Source: Phoronis australis
Taxonomy: Eukaryota > Animalia > Phoronida
Direction: 5' to 3'
Assembly: GCA_002633005.1 (NCBI GenBank)
Contig: NMRA01000141.1
Span: 483,609-547,608 of the forward strand
Length of the DNA stretch: 64,000 nucleotides
In this document: piece by piece, positions 52,346 to 64,000 of the stretch
How the letters are laid out: the number at the start of each line of letters is the position of its first letter
Position numbering within the stretch: the stretch's first letter is position 1
Position numbers and translations under genes: made by a program
Notes under the pieces: generated by a model
Told to the model about the DNA's origin: nothing
The model's input: the letters and a program-made list of their open reading frames with translations, nothing else
Database searches by the model: none

Positions 52346-53581
52346 ATGAATTTTGCAATTTATATTTCAGTATTTCACCTCAAACCGAAATGGAGAACTT
52401 GGAAGTCATTGATTATTGTGGCAACAGCCCTGCACTGCGCTATGACAATGTATTTCCTTTTTCTCAAGACTGAAGACACGACAGACAATGAGTTGTTAAG
52501 GAGCATGCGAAGATCAGCAGTTTATTCCAGGAAATTTCGACAAACAAATCGTGTGACATTGAATGAAACCCTTGCAATCAGGTCAAAGTCATATCAATCC
52601 GCTTTAAACCTTTCGCGGAAATTTTCCTTGTCCCCGGTTTTCAAAACAACATCATCGATTCTGAGCAGCACGTCTACCGTTGCCACGTGCTCAACAATGA
52701 AACAGGCGACATCAAGCGGCCAATGGGTAAAACGTGGAAACAGGGCTCTTTGGGAGCCTTCCGCTTGTGCTTTACCGAGAACCGATACTCCGCTGACAAA
52801 ACATCCTTTAAAAAGACTAGTTTTAATGGGAGATTCGAACACATGGAGACTTTGCAATTACTTACGTTGGACACTTGATTGCCGAGGTCGATTCTTGAAG
52901 TCTGAAAATGGAAGGTGTGCCCTTGGTAACTACTTGGAAGTTGAAAACTCATTAAAATGGAAACCGCCCAAGGACGGACGGGAAGGGCCTCAACACTTTG
53001 GCAAGAGTCACCCACGCTGCACCGACTGCTCCGGTTGTGATTCGTCATTGTTCCGATGCCAGAATGGTCTGCTGATGAGTTTAGAGTACATATCTGTAGA
53101 ATACGCTAGAGACGTAACAGTGCAGTCAAAAAAGTATGCCACTACACAGGAAAACGTTGTCGATTATTTGAATAGAACTGGGCCTCCAACAGCTATTGTA
53201 TTTAATAATGGCGTGCACGACCTTAAGTACTCGAACGTGAGTGCTTACAGAGATAATCTACTTTGGTATACGAATTTGTTAAAAACCAATTTTCCAAATG
53301 CCAAAATTCTCTTCATTAACACCGCTACCGTTGCTGAGAAAAATGTGCCCCTTCAATTTAATAAAATTACTGACAATAAGCTCATAGCTCACCAAAATGC
53401 TGACGCCAAGAAAATCATGGAGAATTTAAACGTGGCTTACCTCGACAATTTTCAGTTGAGCAATAATTCATTCGTACTTGAAAATTATCGTGGGAGTGAT
53501 GCTATACATTTAATTCCCGAATATTACAGACATCTGGCTCAGCTTTTGCGCTTTCAATTCGAACTGTGGTTCCTCACATAG
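52346..53581 (+). CDS. Membrane-anchored SGNH/GDSL (PC-esterase/NXPE-like) acyl-esterase or O-acetyltransferase
   Basis: Uninterrupted 411-codon frame: hydrophobic anchor SLIIVATALHCAMTMYFLFL, Ser/Thr stem, W.PS.C.L, LVLMGDSNT, IVFNNGVHDL and SDAIHL (GDS...DxxH). The start is either ATG 52346 or the acceptor TTTCAG|52371. Confidence 0.8.
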   Translation: MNFAIYISVFHLKPKWRTWKSLIIVATALHCAMTMYFLFLKTEDTTDNELLRSMRRSAVYSRKFRQTNRVTLNETLAIRSKSYQSALNLSRKFSLSPVFKTTSSILSSTSTVATCSTMKQATSSGQWVKRGNRALWEPSACALPRTDTPLTKHPLKRLVLMGDSNTWRLCNYLRWTLDCRGRFLKSENGRCALGNYLEVENSLKWKPPKDGREGPQHFGKSHPRCTDCSGCDSSLFRCQNGLLMSLEYISVEYARDVTVQSKKYATTQENVVDYLNRTGPPTAIVFNNGVHDLKYSNVSAYRDNLLWYTNLLKTNFPNAKILFINTATVAEKNVPLQFNKITDNKLIAHQNADAKKIMENLNVAYLDNFQLSNNSFVLENYRGSDAIHLIPEYYRHLAQLLRFQFELWFLT

Positions 53582-54359
53582 CATTAAATATTTTCCATTT
53601 CCAAATACTTGTATGTTGTGCTGTAAAAGTTTGATACTAAACCAAGTCCAAGAAATTCATTTCACAATAGCACAGCAATGTGATAGGTACTCGAATTCGC
53701 GATAATTAGGCTAAGGTTTGTAAAACGCTTGTCCCAAAGGTGATCTTAGTAATAAGAATAGTTTATAGTGCATTACCGCTAATTTCGGAGATTTTTATCT
53801 AAATGAGTCCCAGAATTTTTTCCAGAAAAAATATGGGCCTCTATCGGAAACCCGTATTGCTCTCCACAGCGCCCTCATCCATGCCAAGCAAAAGTGGCTT
53901 CGGCAGACTCGGGCAAACTTTGTGTCTATCTAAGCATCACGCTCCTATACTTTTCAGCTTTTTGGAGCAAAAATTTATAATTTGTTTACTTGTCAAAGTG
54001 GTTCAGTCATGGAATAAATGATACTCCACACATGTATCCATTTACCTAAGTGATTCTCAACTACCAGATTACTCTCAGAAATCTCTTGCATCCGCTGGCC
54101 ATTTTTATTCTCGTTTGAGAAGTTCTCCGTGCGCATGTTTTCACGTGATTCATGGGTAAATGCTGTTGGACAAACAAACAAGAGCTAGAGTCCACTGAAT
54201 CCGGTTCCCCTTCAAAAAACCGGCACGGGATCAGCCGGGAAGATGCATGGGTGCGTATATGCACTTATAGAGATGCTCTCTGCCTCGATAGTAGTTAGGT
54301 GTCTATACAATCTGACGAAATGTCACCTCTTGTTCTGGACAATTAGCTCTGGGATCTAT

Positions 54360-54790
54360 GTTTCTTCTTTTATCATGCGCGTTCTAGTTGGGAGTCTGAT
54401 GTCGTCAAATGCCTCCGGTACAGTTTCCTCGACATGTTTCCACCCGAAACCATAACGGTCTCCACTGGTGGGTCCACCGTGGTGGCCAATCCACTTTTGA
54501 ATCTCTACTTCCCTCCCGCAGCCAGCATGACGTTCTCTCAGCCGTTTCACCCAACCTTTTCACTGCTGCTCTCTTCGCTGTCCCTCGCACACCAAGCTTC
54601 TCCAGCAATCACCAGACAGGGCGTACGGTGAACCCTCTCCATCCCACCTTAACAGAAAACAACCAAGCTTGCCACCATTTTCGTCTACATTTCTGAGCTA
54701 GCTCAGTGTACTTTGATTATTTCTCCTCGTGGACCTCTTCAGGCTAACATCCTTCCTCCCAAGGGACTGTAAATTTAATGACTGTTTGAA
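54360..54790 (-). mobile_element. 3' fragment of a Hero/R2-type non-LTR retrotransposon (restriction-like endonuclease + 3' UTR)
   Basis: FTVPWEEG...HEEK..KYTELAQKCR..W...LFSVKVGWRGF...LLEKLG...AAVKRLGETAERTSCWL, with in-frame stops. Confidence 0.75.
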
Positions 54791-57700
54791 TTTTAGCAAG
54801 GTATCAAGGCACATGGCACAACTGAATGTAAGTACGTCATGACACATATCTATGGACTGTTTGAGGAGTGTTTTGTCTGTACATACCGACTAAAGGTATG
54901 GAACTTGGTAATCGATTGTCGTATACGAATAATCGCAATGTAGACACAAAAGTTCCGATTCGACTTTTCGATATACAAAGACCCATTAGTCTAGTATCTG
55001 GTGCAGTATGTTTTTGAATGGTTGAATCTTCTGCCATCTGACGGGCGAACTTGGTGGCATACACGGTCCTGCAATACACCATTTTTACAACGACAAGTGG
55101 TCTAAATCAAAACTTGGCTTTGACAAAGAGGATGGAAATTGTTTGGATTTGAATTCATTTGAATCGTCGGCAATTCCGTTACGCAATTACCATTATTCAC
55201 ACCAAGGTTCCTTTTATCAGTTACGATAGTCCGCTAATAAGCCTAGGCTACTGCAATACTTGGAGTAAGCCGAGAAGCGTTCAAACAAATTGTGATACTT
55301 GTTAAAGGTTGAACACATACACGTCTACCATAAGTCAGAAGTATACATAGAGGAACAAACTGAACAATTTCGATTTTAACTTCAGTCGAACACATATGAA
55401 ATTTTCTAGTAATATAGAGTTAGCGTGGGCATAATATTGACGGTGTTGACGGAGCAAATCAATATCATTGGATAAATCGCCATAAAAGTTTTGACTAAGG
55501 TATTTGAGGTTAGTACATTTCGTAAAGAAAGAACTATTTTAGTAAACTTGGGTAGATTGGCCCGATTCAATGAAACAGAACACTGAAACACATAGCAGAG
55601 GTCTTAGAACTACTGAAAATCACTATCATGTCAAGAAATACCGTACATGTACTCACATTTTTTGATTTAAGGATTGGAACCACTAGCTGAGGGAAAGAGC
55701 AAAGTCATAAACATTTTAAATGCCGTGAATAGGAAGAATCCTACCAATAATCCAACTATCTAAAACAATACTTAGGTCTTCAACGTAAGTGTTCTAAAAA
55801 TAAGAGAAATCTTGACGAACACCATTGAATACAGGGAAATCCTTTGAAGTTTCATTACCCAGAAGACACCAAAAATTCAGAATTCGGATAATATAACCGA
55901 GGCCATAATCCGTAGACTCAAGTACCTCGTGAAAACTCAAGACACGCAATTCTACCTACAGTAGTAGTCCAGTAGCCAAAATTGGGTACCTCAGTGCTGC
56001 TACTTTTTTGAAAGAAAAATATTTTTCGATGAAAATCATACTTTTCCTTACTTTTTTGGGTACTCCATAGTCTTTTTATACTTTTTTGATGCTTTCAAAA
56101 TCTGCTGTCTCATTATTGGTACTGAATCATTCATAAACATTGTTGATCAACAGAGTCCCATAGGAGATAAAGCCATGGGCGCAAAAACAAAACTCTCACT
56201 AGGAGGCGCCACTTTATTTGGAGCCATCCGAAAATCGTCGCCAGCCATGCCCCTTCCCCAGTAGGAACAGTGTTCATAATCATTATTAGAATGGTATGGT
56301 ATCGCGGATGCCAAAAACAGACTCACCAATGATAAAAACGGCCACTAGGTGGCGTGCACTAAGTCAAATCCATCGGAAAACGGGAATATGTCATCACCTC
56401 TTTAGGCAGAAACCTATTTACATAACTACATAAAAATCCGTCAACGAACTTTAAAGATACAGAGAAAAACGGGAAAATATTAAAAATTCCTCTAGGGAGC
56501 GCAGCCTTAGTCAAGTCTATCTGCAATTAAGCCGTCGTCGACCGCTGTCAACTTCATATACATACACATGGCAAATTTAACAAAGGCCCTGCAGTGCAGA
56601 GGGTTTAGGAGAAACAGCGAACTGCCACTAGGAGGCGCCAGTGCAGCAGTTGGAGCCGTCCGAAATTACCAGCCGTTACGGCAAAAATTATACTTTTTGA
56701 GGACAACAGGGATACTTTTTTCAATTTTGGTGAGTTTCAAATGTTTCGCAAATAGATGTCTGGCTGTACTTCGGGAGCAAGTTTTCAGATATGCAGAATT
56801 GATGAAACACACGACACTTTTCGTTATTGACGGTTTTTATTCAGTTTCGTTCATATGTTCGCAATAAAACTACTCTCAACGGAACACAGATGAAGTAACT
56901 GACCTAGCGACATAATTAAAAGGTACACGATATTTTGAAAAAAATCCTTGTTTCATTCTCAAGTGAATATAAAATGACGCAGTAATGCCACCATAGAGTA
57001 TAAGCTGGAGACATACTCAGTGGGACACGGCAGGTGTGAAATACTGCAAAGAATGACTAATGAAGGGGGTTAACAGGAAAGTCACGCAAACAAGTGTAAC
57101 GTGCGGCGCGACCCTGTTTGTACTGTTGGATGAAAACAGAGAAGAGGACAATATCGATGACAGTTGTAACACCTTATATAAATGTTACCGTTCACCAACG
57201 TTATCACGAACCCTGCCTCGTTCAGTTCTTGTTCCTGGGTCCACAAGTAATCCTGAACCGTAGGTAAAAAGACATACAACAAAAACGAATCAAATTTCGA
57301 AAATCATCGCCTTTGTACGATTCGATGTTGCTGTCGCCAGACTGATGTTCCTCTCCAACATCAATGTCGAAAATTGTCGTTACAAGTAATGGAAACTTGT
57401 GTCTTTTGTTTCTAACTTTTAGCCCATTTTTTAAGAAAGGGGTGCAATGATTTTGTCTAATGTTGATAGAGCATAACTTTTGGTTTTTACAATGCATTAA
57501 TCGTGTTGAATGCATTCATATTAAGTGGCCTCATTGTGCTGAACAGAAAATAAATTAAATGTAACACCGACAATAAAGTTTTGAAAATAAATAGAGCAGT
57601 AACAGGACTCCCTAAGAATCGAGCTGTTTTCGAAAACTGCGCCATTGGTGATCTGATTGGTTCATGCACTTACGGCGGGAAAATGATAGACCACGTATCG

Positions 57701-58035
57701 TGCACGTGTGTATCTTATTCTTCTTTGGCCAATCTGTTGATACAGTAAATTTCCTTATTTATGCCCATTGTGATTTGAGCTTCTTGTTTGGTTCTATCAT
57801 ATATTGGGTTGGCATGGGGACCCACATGGTGCTTACTCAAATGGGCGTCATTTTACCAACTATTTCAAATTGTGTAGGTGAAGTAAATAAACAAAATGGC
57901 TGGTGATTATCATCACCGGAATTTCATCATTAGTATCTTTTGCCGGATGCTCAAATTTTCTGAGACTAGGGATTGTCACATTTGTAAGGTAGAAGAGTTT
58001 CGCTAGACATCTATGTCTGTGGCGTTATTCGGACC

Positions 58036-58331
58036 CAGGGGCGGATCCAGGATTTTGAGTTGGGGGGCAGGGCACGGGAATAACCAGAATTTCGGCAGAT
58101 GCGCGCGCCCAGCCAATGTGGGGGACGCAGAGACCTCGAATGTTTGGGGTTGCGGACCTGCTGACTAAAAAAAAAACCGTAAACGGGGTTTGTTCAGTTT
58201 GTTCAGGGCCTATGCATTGTTTATTCACCCCCGACGAGCCCCTGCTTGCGCGCACCCGAACTCCCAAATGGTATCTGGTAGAATTTTAGGGAGACATGGC
58301 CCTCTTGGCCCCCTCCCTAAATCTGCCACTG
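58036..58331. mobile_element. CAGTGGCGGAT MITE (inverted copy) with 5-bp TSD
   Basis: GGACC|CAGGGGCGGAT...ATCTGCCACTG|GGACC. Confidence 0.88.
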
Positions 58332-59094
58332 GGACCAAAATTAAAAAACGAGGCCCTTGTTTAAATCTATGATGAAATACTGACTTCAGTATGATATGAC
58401 TCGAAACTTGAGTACGGCGTGCTCGAAATTTCGAGTACAGATTTTTCGAGTATGACATTGAATACACTAAAGCTGAGTCTGTACTCGAGTTGAGTATGAA
58501 ATGTGAGTTTGAGTATGATTCAAGTCTGAGTACGGAGATTGGAGACCGGGTCCCGGGTGACATTATACTCATAATCAGCTGCAATAATCTGTTTCGTGTA
58601 GAAACTCTCACGCTGTTGCTAGGCATACATACTATACCAGAATGCAAAAGAGAGCAACTAGTGTGGGGCATGCACATTGAGATTTGCACATTCGCTAATG
58701 TTTCTCTGCCACTGAAACAAAATTCAATGTGTTCACCTGATTTTTTACGGTGTTTGGACCACCAGGGAAGAGAAGACCCCTACAATGAACTTGTATGAAT
58801 TAATACAGTTTTGATTGCTACTACAGACAAAATACTACATAAGACACGAAACATTCGGGAGTTATTATAACGAAACTTCTTAATTAAGTACCAATTAACG
58901 ACTAACTCTCAAATACAATGAAAATGTTCAAAAACGGAATTTAAGATACACCTGTTGTCACTTACTAAGCTGGCTTCATATTAAAGCTGAGCTACTTGAA
59001 TCACATCTAGTGGCACTGCTCGAGATTGTGATGCATCATGACACAGTCTATTGATTCATGTGATTAAACTGAAATCCAAAAGGTAATTCACTCT

Positions 59095-59650
59095 GTTGTC
59101 CAATACAATGCAAGGGCAAGCATTGGGTACGGTCGTTTACACCGATTGTAGTAAAGCATTCCATAAAGCCTCTCAGAGATCCCGATGCTAATACACCCGA
59201 GTCGCTGGTACACCCGATTCTGCGATAAACTTTCCAATGGCACTGAAGTAATACATAAGAATGTGGAATACCCCAAACATCATTAAGACTTTGTTGAAGT
59301 CCGACTGACTGGTGACTTGGATTCGATGTGCAGTCCTTGCAACATCTAGATCATATGTAACCAGACCATACAAAGTCTGGCCACATTCCTCTGGACACTG
59401 TGCGCTTCCACAACAACGTCATTTTTGTGATGGGTTGGCTCAGATTCGGAATATAATGGACAACTTGCTTCGGCAACTTATCTTGGTGAAGACGTGCGTT
59501 AAATCCAATCCACATTGGCGTAGATTTTGAATTGAGGTTGTGGCGTACTGCCGGGAACAGTGTCTCCAATTTTCGTGCGCGACCAGAAATTTCAGAAAAC
59601 TTGCTAAACTTGGTATCAGGGTATTGAAACTGGTTCTTCCGTGGCTTCTT
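59095..59650 (-). mobile_element. Academ-type transposase relic
   Basis: Across three frames: PMWIGFNA...HYIPNLSQPIT / LVTYDLDVARTA...FGVFHILMYYFSAIGKFIAESG / YNRCKRPYPMLALAL. These motifs are ones I associate with Academ transposases. Confidence 0.65.
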
Positions 59651-59689
59651 CTAAATAATTAATTGCTCGATAATTATTGTTTCTTAATT

Positions 59690-60310
59690 AAAACCCCCAG
59701 CATTTTTCATGTCTTCAGTCGCGAATGAATTTTTGTTCCTTTGGATTAAGCTTTTATCCATAGCATTAATCAAAATGTTTGCACTTCCCGTTTATGTAAG
59801 TTCAGTATTGTCCAAACACCCCCTTCTTATCTACCAACCCCAGGAAAATTACCGTGAAAAGTTGTTGATATGGTGTCCAAAGTTACTAAACTATCTTTTG
59901 GAAAAAGAATTTTTGTTGCACTTGAAAGTTTAAATAAATCGTTAATTGGTCGTTAATTAATAACTGTCTTAACTAACAACACGAGAGTTTTTCATGTCAT
60001 AACTGGTAATTTTGGTCGTTCGAAATAATGTTTTATCCATAGTTGTAATCAAAATTTTCGCATTTCCTCTTTTTTACAAGTTCAGTTTTGGAGTCCTCTT
60101 ATCCCCTGGGGTCAAAACAACCCCGTCTTATCTGTAAACCCCGGGAAAATCGCGTCTTAAGTTGTGGATTTGGTGTCCAGAGTTAATAGGCTATCTTTTG
60201 GAAAAAGAATTTTTGTTGGGCTTAAAAGTTTAAATAAATCGTCAATTGTTCATTAATTAGTAGGCGTCTTAATTAATAACCCCAGGCATTTTCGCGTCTT
60301 AAGTTGTATC
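59690..60310 (+). repeat. ~300-bp diverged tandem repeat with a partial inverted copy at 58750-58920
   Basis: GGTGTCCA.AGTTA.TA..CTATCTTTTGGAAAAAGAATTTTTGTTG...AAGTTTAAATAAATCGT at 59872 and 60171. May be the subterminal repeats of the Academ element. Confidence 0.75.
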
Positions 60311-60864
60311 ATTTTAAAATGGGTGGTGATTAGAATCTTGAAACGGATGTTGCACTCGAAATTTTAATTAAATGGATTTTTGGGCCCTCTTTTGGACCCC
60401 ACAAGGGACCAAAGCCCAGGATTGCGCAACTTAAGACGCCCCTTTCCTTCAATGGTTGTTTTACAATAGAATCCAACACTCAAAAGTGAATAAAATCCTG
60501 CTGGCTCTCCAAACAAAAAAGTTATTGTAAGAACTCTACAGAGTATACTGAATAAAAGTTGATAAAAAAGTGCTGCCGCAATGACATGCTTAATAACAGA
60601 CTGATGTTTGCATGACCAAATGCTGATACGTCTGAATTATAACATGAAATCTAGGTGACCACTAGAATTAACTTGGTCTTGTGTCCGACTGCGATTGCAT
60701 GTACAAAAGCGATTATCGATCAAGACAGCGATGGCATGAGAGTGAGGTTAGCTTCTTAGCGGTCCGGCAGGATAATCGGACAAATTCATGATTATTTACG
60801 TTTAGGCTAGAAGTACGGAAGTGTCCCTTGTGAGAGAATATCTAAAACTGTAAAAGCGGAGAAC

Positions 60865-63800
60865 CCAAGGAGTTTAAAAATGTTTATTTAGCGATTCATA
60901 CATGTACATGGAAAACAGAAGGAAGATGGAAGCATGTGAATATCAAAAGCATAAAAATGCACAGGTGTTAACAGGCCAACTGTAACCATGAACAACCAAT
61001 TCTAAGTCTGACGAAATTCGTTGCCGCACGGAGATAAATGTACACCGCAATTGTAGAATTAGTTTAACATGTGGCAAATCTTCAGTTTAAAATCAATATA
61101 TGGCACTAAATGCATGGTTAATTTTTGACACTGTAACTGGAAACAAACATGCTCGACTCGTCCAACTGATATGAGCGAACATCACTCACGCAAAAAGTCT
61201 CTACTAACGGACCTAGTGGGATAAGCAAGCCACCTTAACTTAGTGCACTGAGATCCCAATAAACAATCACCATCAGTCTTTGGCCACAGTAATAAAATAA
61301 CTACAATCACAATCAAATTCCCTACGGAATACACAGTCTTATCAAAAGAACACGTGCTCACTCAACGTTAACCAGACCCCTTTCAACCTACAAATCTGGT
61401 AACCTAGTGTGCACTGGGCTTGAACCGTTGTTTTTCCTATTCCAGCACGACGTGAAGTTTACTTGTTTTTGTTCTCATTTCAAGAACCTGTTTAGTTATT
61501 CAAGTGAAACGTTGGGAATTATAGCAAATTTCTTTGTGATTGTGGTTATTCAAAGTATTTTAACAATCACCATACACAAACGCCAAGTGTTCTACAGAAT
61601 AAATACAAAATACTATTTTGGTCAACGCCACTGGAAGCATGGAAACCTCCTCTTGCACCCTTCTTTAATGTACGAGTTATGATCTAAGGGTGATACCAAT
61701 AACCACCTAAAAATTTCAACACTTAAGACTTAACAACAGAAGCGCTACTTCACTAGTACACAAAACTAAAACTACAGCATCATGCAAATAACACTCAGGT
61801 TTGTTACATAACGGAAATAATCGAAATATTAAATAAAAGGGGTAGAAAACACATGGCTGAGGAATTAACGTTCTTGACTGCAGGCTTTCTGAAAGCCAGG
61901 CTGATTTTTGGATCGAATTTAGAAATAATTTATCAATTTATTAAAAAAAATGATTTTAGTTTAAATTTCAGAGCCCTATACAGCAGTTGTTTCTTACAGA
62001 AAGTTTCTTACAGAAACAAGAATTGTTAGAAGCTTTCAATCCCAAAACAAATTCTACCCAGTGTTAGGGTGCAGTAAAAGTTCATGCCAAATGGCTTGTC
62101 GGTATAATCGTTTGGTATAATCGTTTCGGTGTCTCAGGTTTTTAGGGTGGAAAAGCATTAATTCCTCATTCAGAGGCAGGTAGAACTGAACTTGCCACAC
62201 TTAAATCCACACTCTATTAACTTCGTCAGTAGCAGATGTTTTCATCACTTTCTGCTCCATCTGGACATCTCGTCCAGAAATACCAAAACAGTGGGCGGGC
62301 CAAGGCAAAACAATACCACTCTCCTAAAATGAGGAAGCAAACTACACCAAGAATAGTTTGGTCTAGCATGAAATTTGACAACGGACAACATCTCTTTACA
62401 GTAGGAGGTAATTCATATCGTACGAAAATATATAAACTTGACAGGTAAGCAAGGATGCCTGATGTTATTGGATATGATCCCCAGAATTTGCCAGGCAAAA
62501 AATGAGACCAGTGATACAAACTCCAACCTACAGGACAAAGCAGTGTTCTATGGGAATAGTTGTATTCCAGAATGCAAAATGGTAGTAACAGCGGTCACTG
62601 ACGCCTATTGATTGTGAACTTAACAACAAACACTAAACTCAATTTTAGCAGTTTCTTGACTAAGTGATCACACTTTTCCAGCTCAGCATAATCGATTTAA
62701 GTTATCATACTTCTTCATTACTCAATATTATTTTAACCTGTAATGCTACAATCTCAAACGAATGTTGAACCAATTGACAAGATGCCATGCCAGGCTATGT
62801 AGACTACCCTTGACCACAAAGTAACCACGATTTTCAAAATGTCAGGTTTCCACAAAGACCACGTTGTGCACGTCACTTCAGAATCACCAAAGTATAAAAA
62901 ATTACCATAGTATAAAAACGAGCATTGTCATGAAAGCTTGTATCATTCTTGATAGTGTGGGACACATTGCAGACAGATGACTAAGGGTACACAACAAGAA
63001 TCAGGAATAATTATTAACTATACGACATCTGTGTATTTCACTACATATTTTTTCTTTTTTGTTATGATTTAGCATCAGTTTGAAGAAAGGATACACAAGT
63101 TCTGAAAGAACCAAAGAAACATTTCTAATTTTCGACATAGCATCATGGTCAATGTCAGGCTAATAGGCAAAATTTCAGACTCGTTAAACAGGTCAAACTT
63201 GTTTCATCCAAGCTTGAACTAAATGAGCATGCAACAGGCCTCTAAGGGAGGTGTATTTTCTACTCATAAATGCACTACCAGATCAGGATAAAACACTACA
63301 CACTACACAGAGATGGCAAACTCTATAGAACAATAGTAACATTTGAAAATCACAAATAATAATATTAATATAAAAGTAAATAATAACATTTCATCATTAC
63401 ATGACACTGGACCCAACAGTTAAACAACTCAGCATTTTGTTCTACACTTATCTTCCACTTTGGTGATTCTTTGTTTCTACTTATTTTGTCCAATGCAAAT
63501 CCGTGGTCCACAGAGCACCATTATAAATTACAACAGATGAGTATTAACATAAAGCAGCTATACAACTTATTGCCACAGTCGCCATTTTGAAAGTGAGCCT
63601 CTTTTTAGCCTTACAACGCATTCTGCCCTTAACCACAGCGTGATTTTTTCGCATGCCTCGTTATATTTACGTCTCAAATGCATTGTTTTTTAAACCTAAT
63701 AAGAGGCTCACTACTAAAATGGCGGCTGCGTGAATAAGGCCAATAAACCTGGGTTCCCTCAAAGAAACCAAATCTTGATTCAGACCACTAACACTATAAA

Positions 63801-64000
63801 TTGGTCTATGCTTGTTGCTCACTCAAATGACAAGTTTTTTGGTCTTGCAAAACTGACAGTTCCTTACATACTTGGCAAACGCAATGACACATTAGGACAA
63901 GTAGATTTTAGTCTCAAGGAATAACGAAGTGTCTGTTCTTTGCATGCCCCAAAAATCTTGTTTCTTTTTTATTACACTTGTTCATATATGCAAGGACAAG
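60865..64000 (-). other. Possible long 3' UTR of a minus-strand gene lying beyond the window
   Basis: AATAAA on the minus strand (60888-60883). Repeat-poor, U/G-rich on minus, no ORF. Compositional inference only. Confidence 0.3.
63575..63730. repeat. Imperfect inverted repeat (hairpin/MITE)
   Basis: CAGTCGCCATTTTGAAAGTGAGCCTCTT pairs with AAGAGGCTCACTACTAAAATGGCGGCTG. Confidence 0.65.

Overview
Eukaryotic, AT-rich, transposon-dense animal DNA, most likely a marine invertebrate (species not determinable). There are two assembly gaps (6380-6717, 40347-41295). Three genes are well supported. (1) A complete 5-exon LSM12 gene (+, CDS 5477-16342, 190 aa) whose first intron is a minor-spliceosome (U12-type GT-AG) intron. 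(2) An interleukin-17-family cytokine (-). Its main exon is 23058-22477. I place its 4-codon first coding exon at 29025-29014, below a TATA+Inr core promoter and two 3-codon uORFs. (3) A single ~1.2 kb coding exon for a membrane-anchored SGNH/GDSL (PC-esterase-like) protein (+, to 53581). Exons of an unidentified gene run head-to-head with LSM12 on the minus strand. The rest is mobile DNA: an internally deleted Gypsy LTR element, an inverted pair of TTAA-flanked Kolobok-like elements with THAP relics, many MITEs with 5-bp target-site duplications (TSDs), Harbinger-like and HINE/DINE-like elements, and relics of Academ, Hero/R2-type, L1/Tx1 and L2/CR1 elements. I found no prokaryote-type system, CRISPR array or RNA gene. 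The best leads are regulatory: the LSM12 U12 intron with a second in-frame acceptor and cross-intron inverted repeats, the uORF-containing IL-17 leader, and the origin of the SGNH gene. All identity and family statements are by eye; no searches were run.
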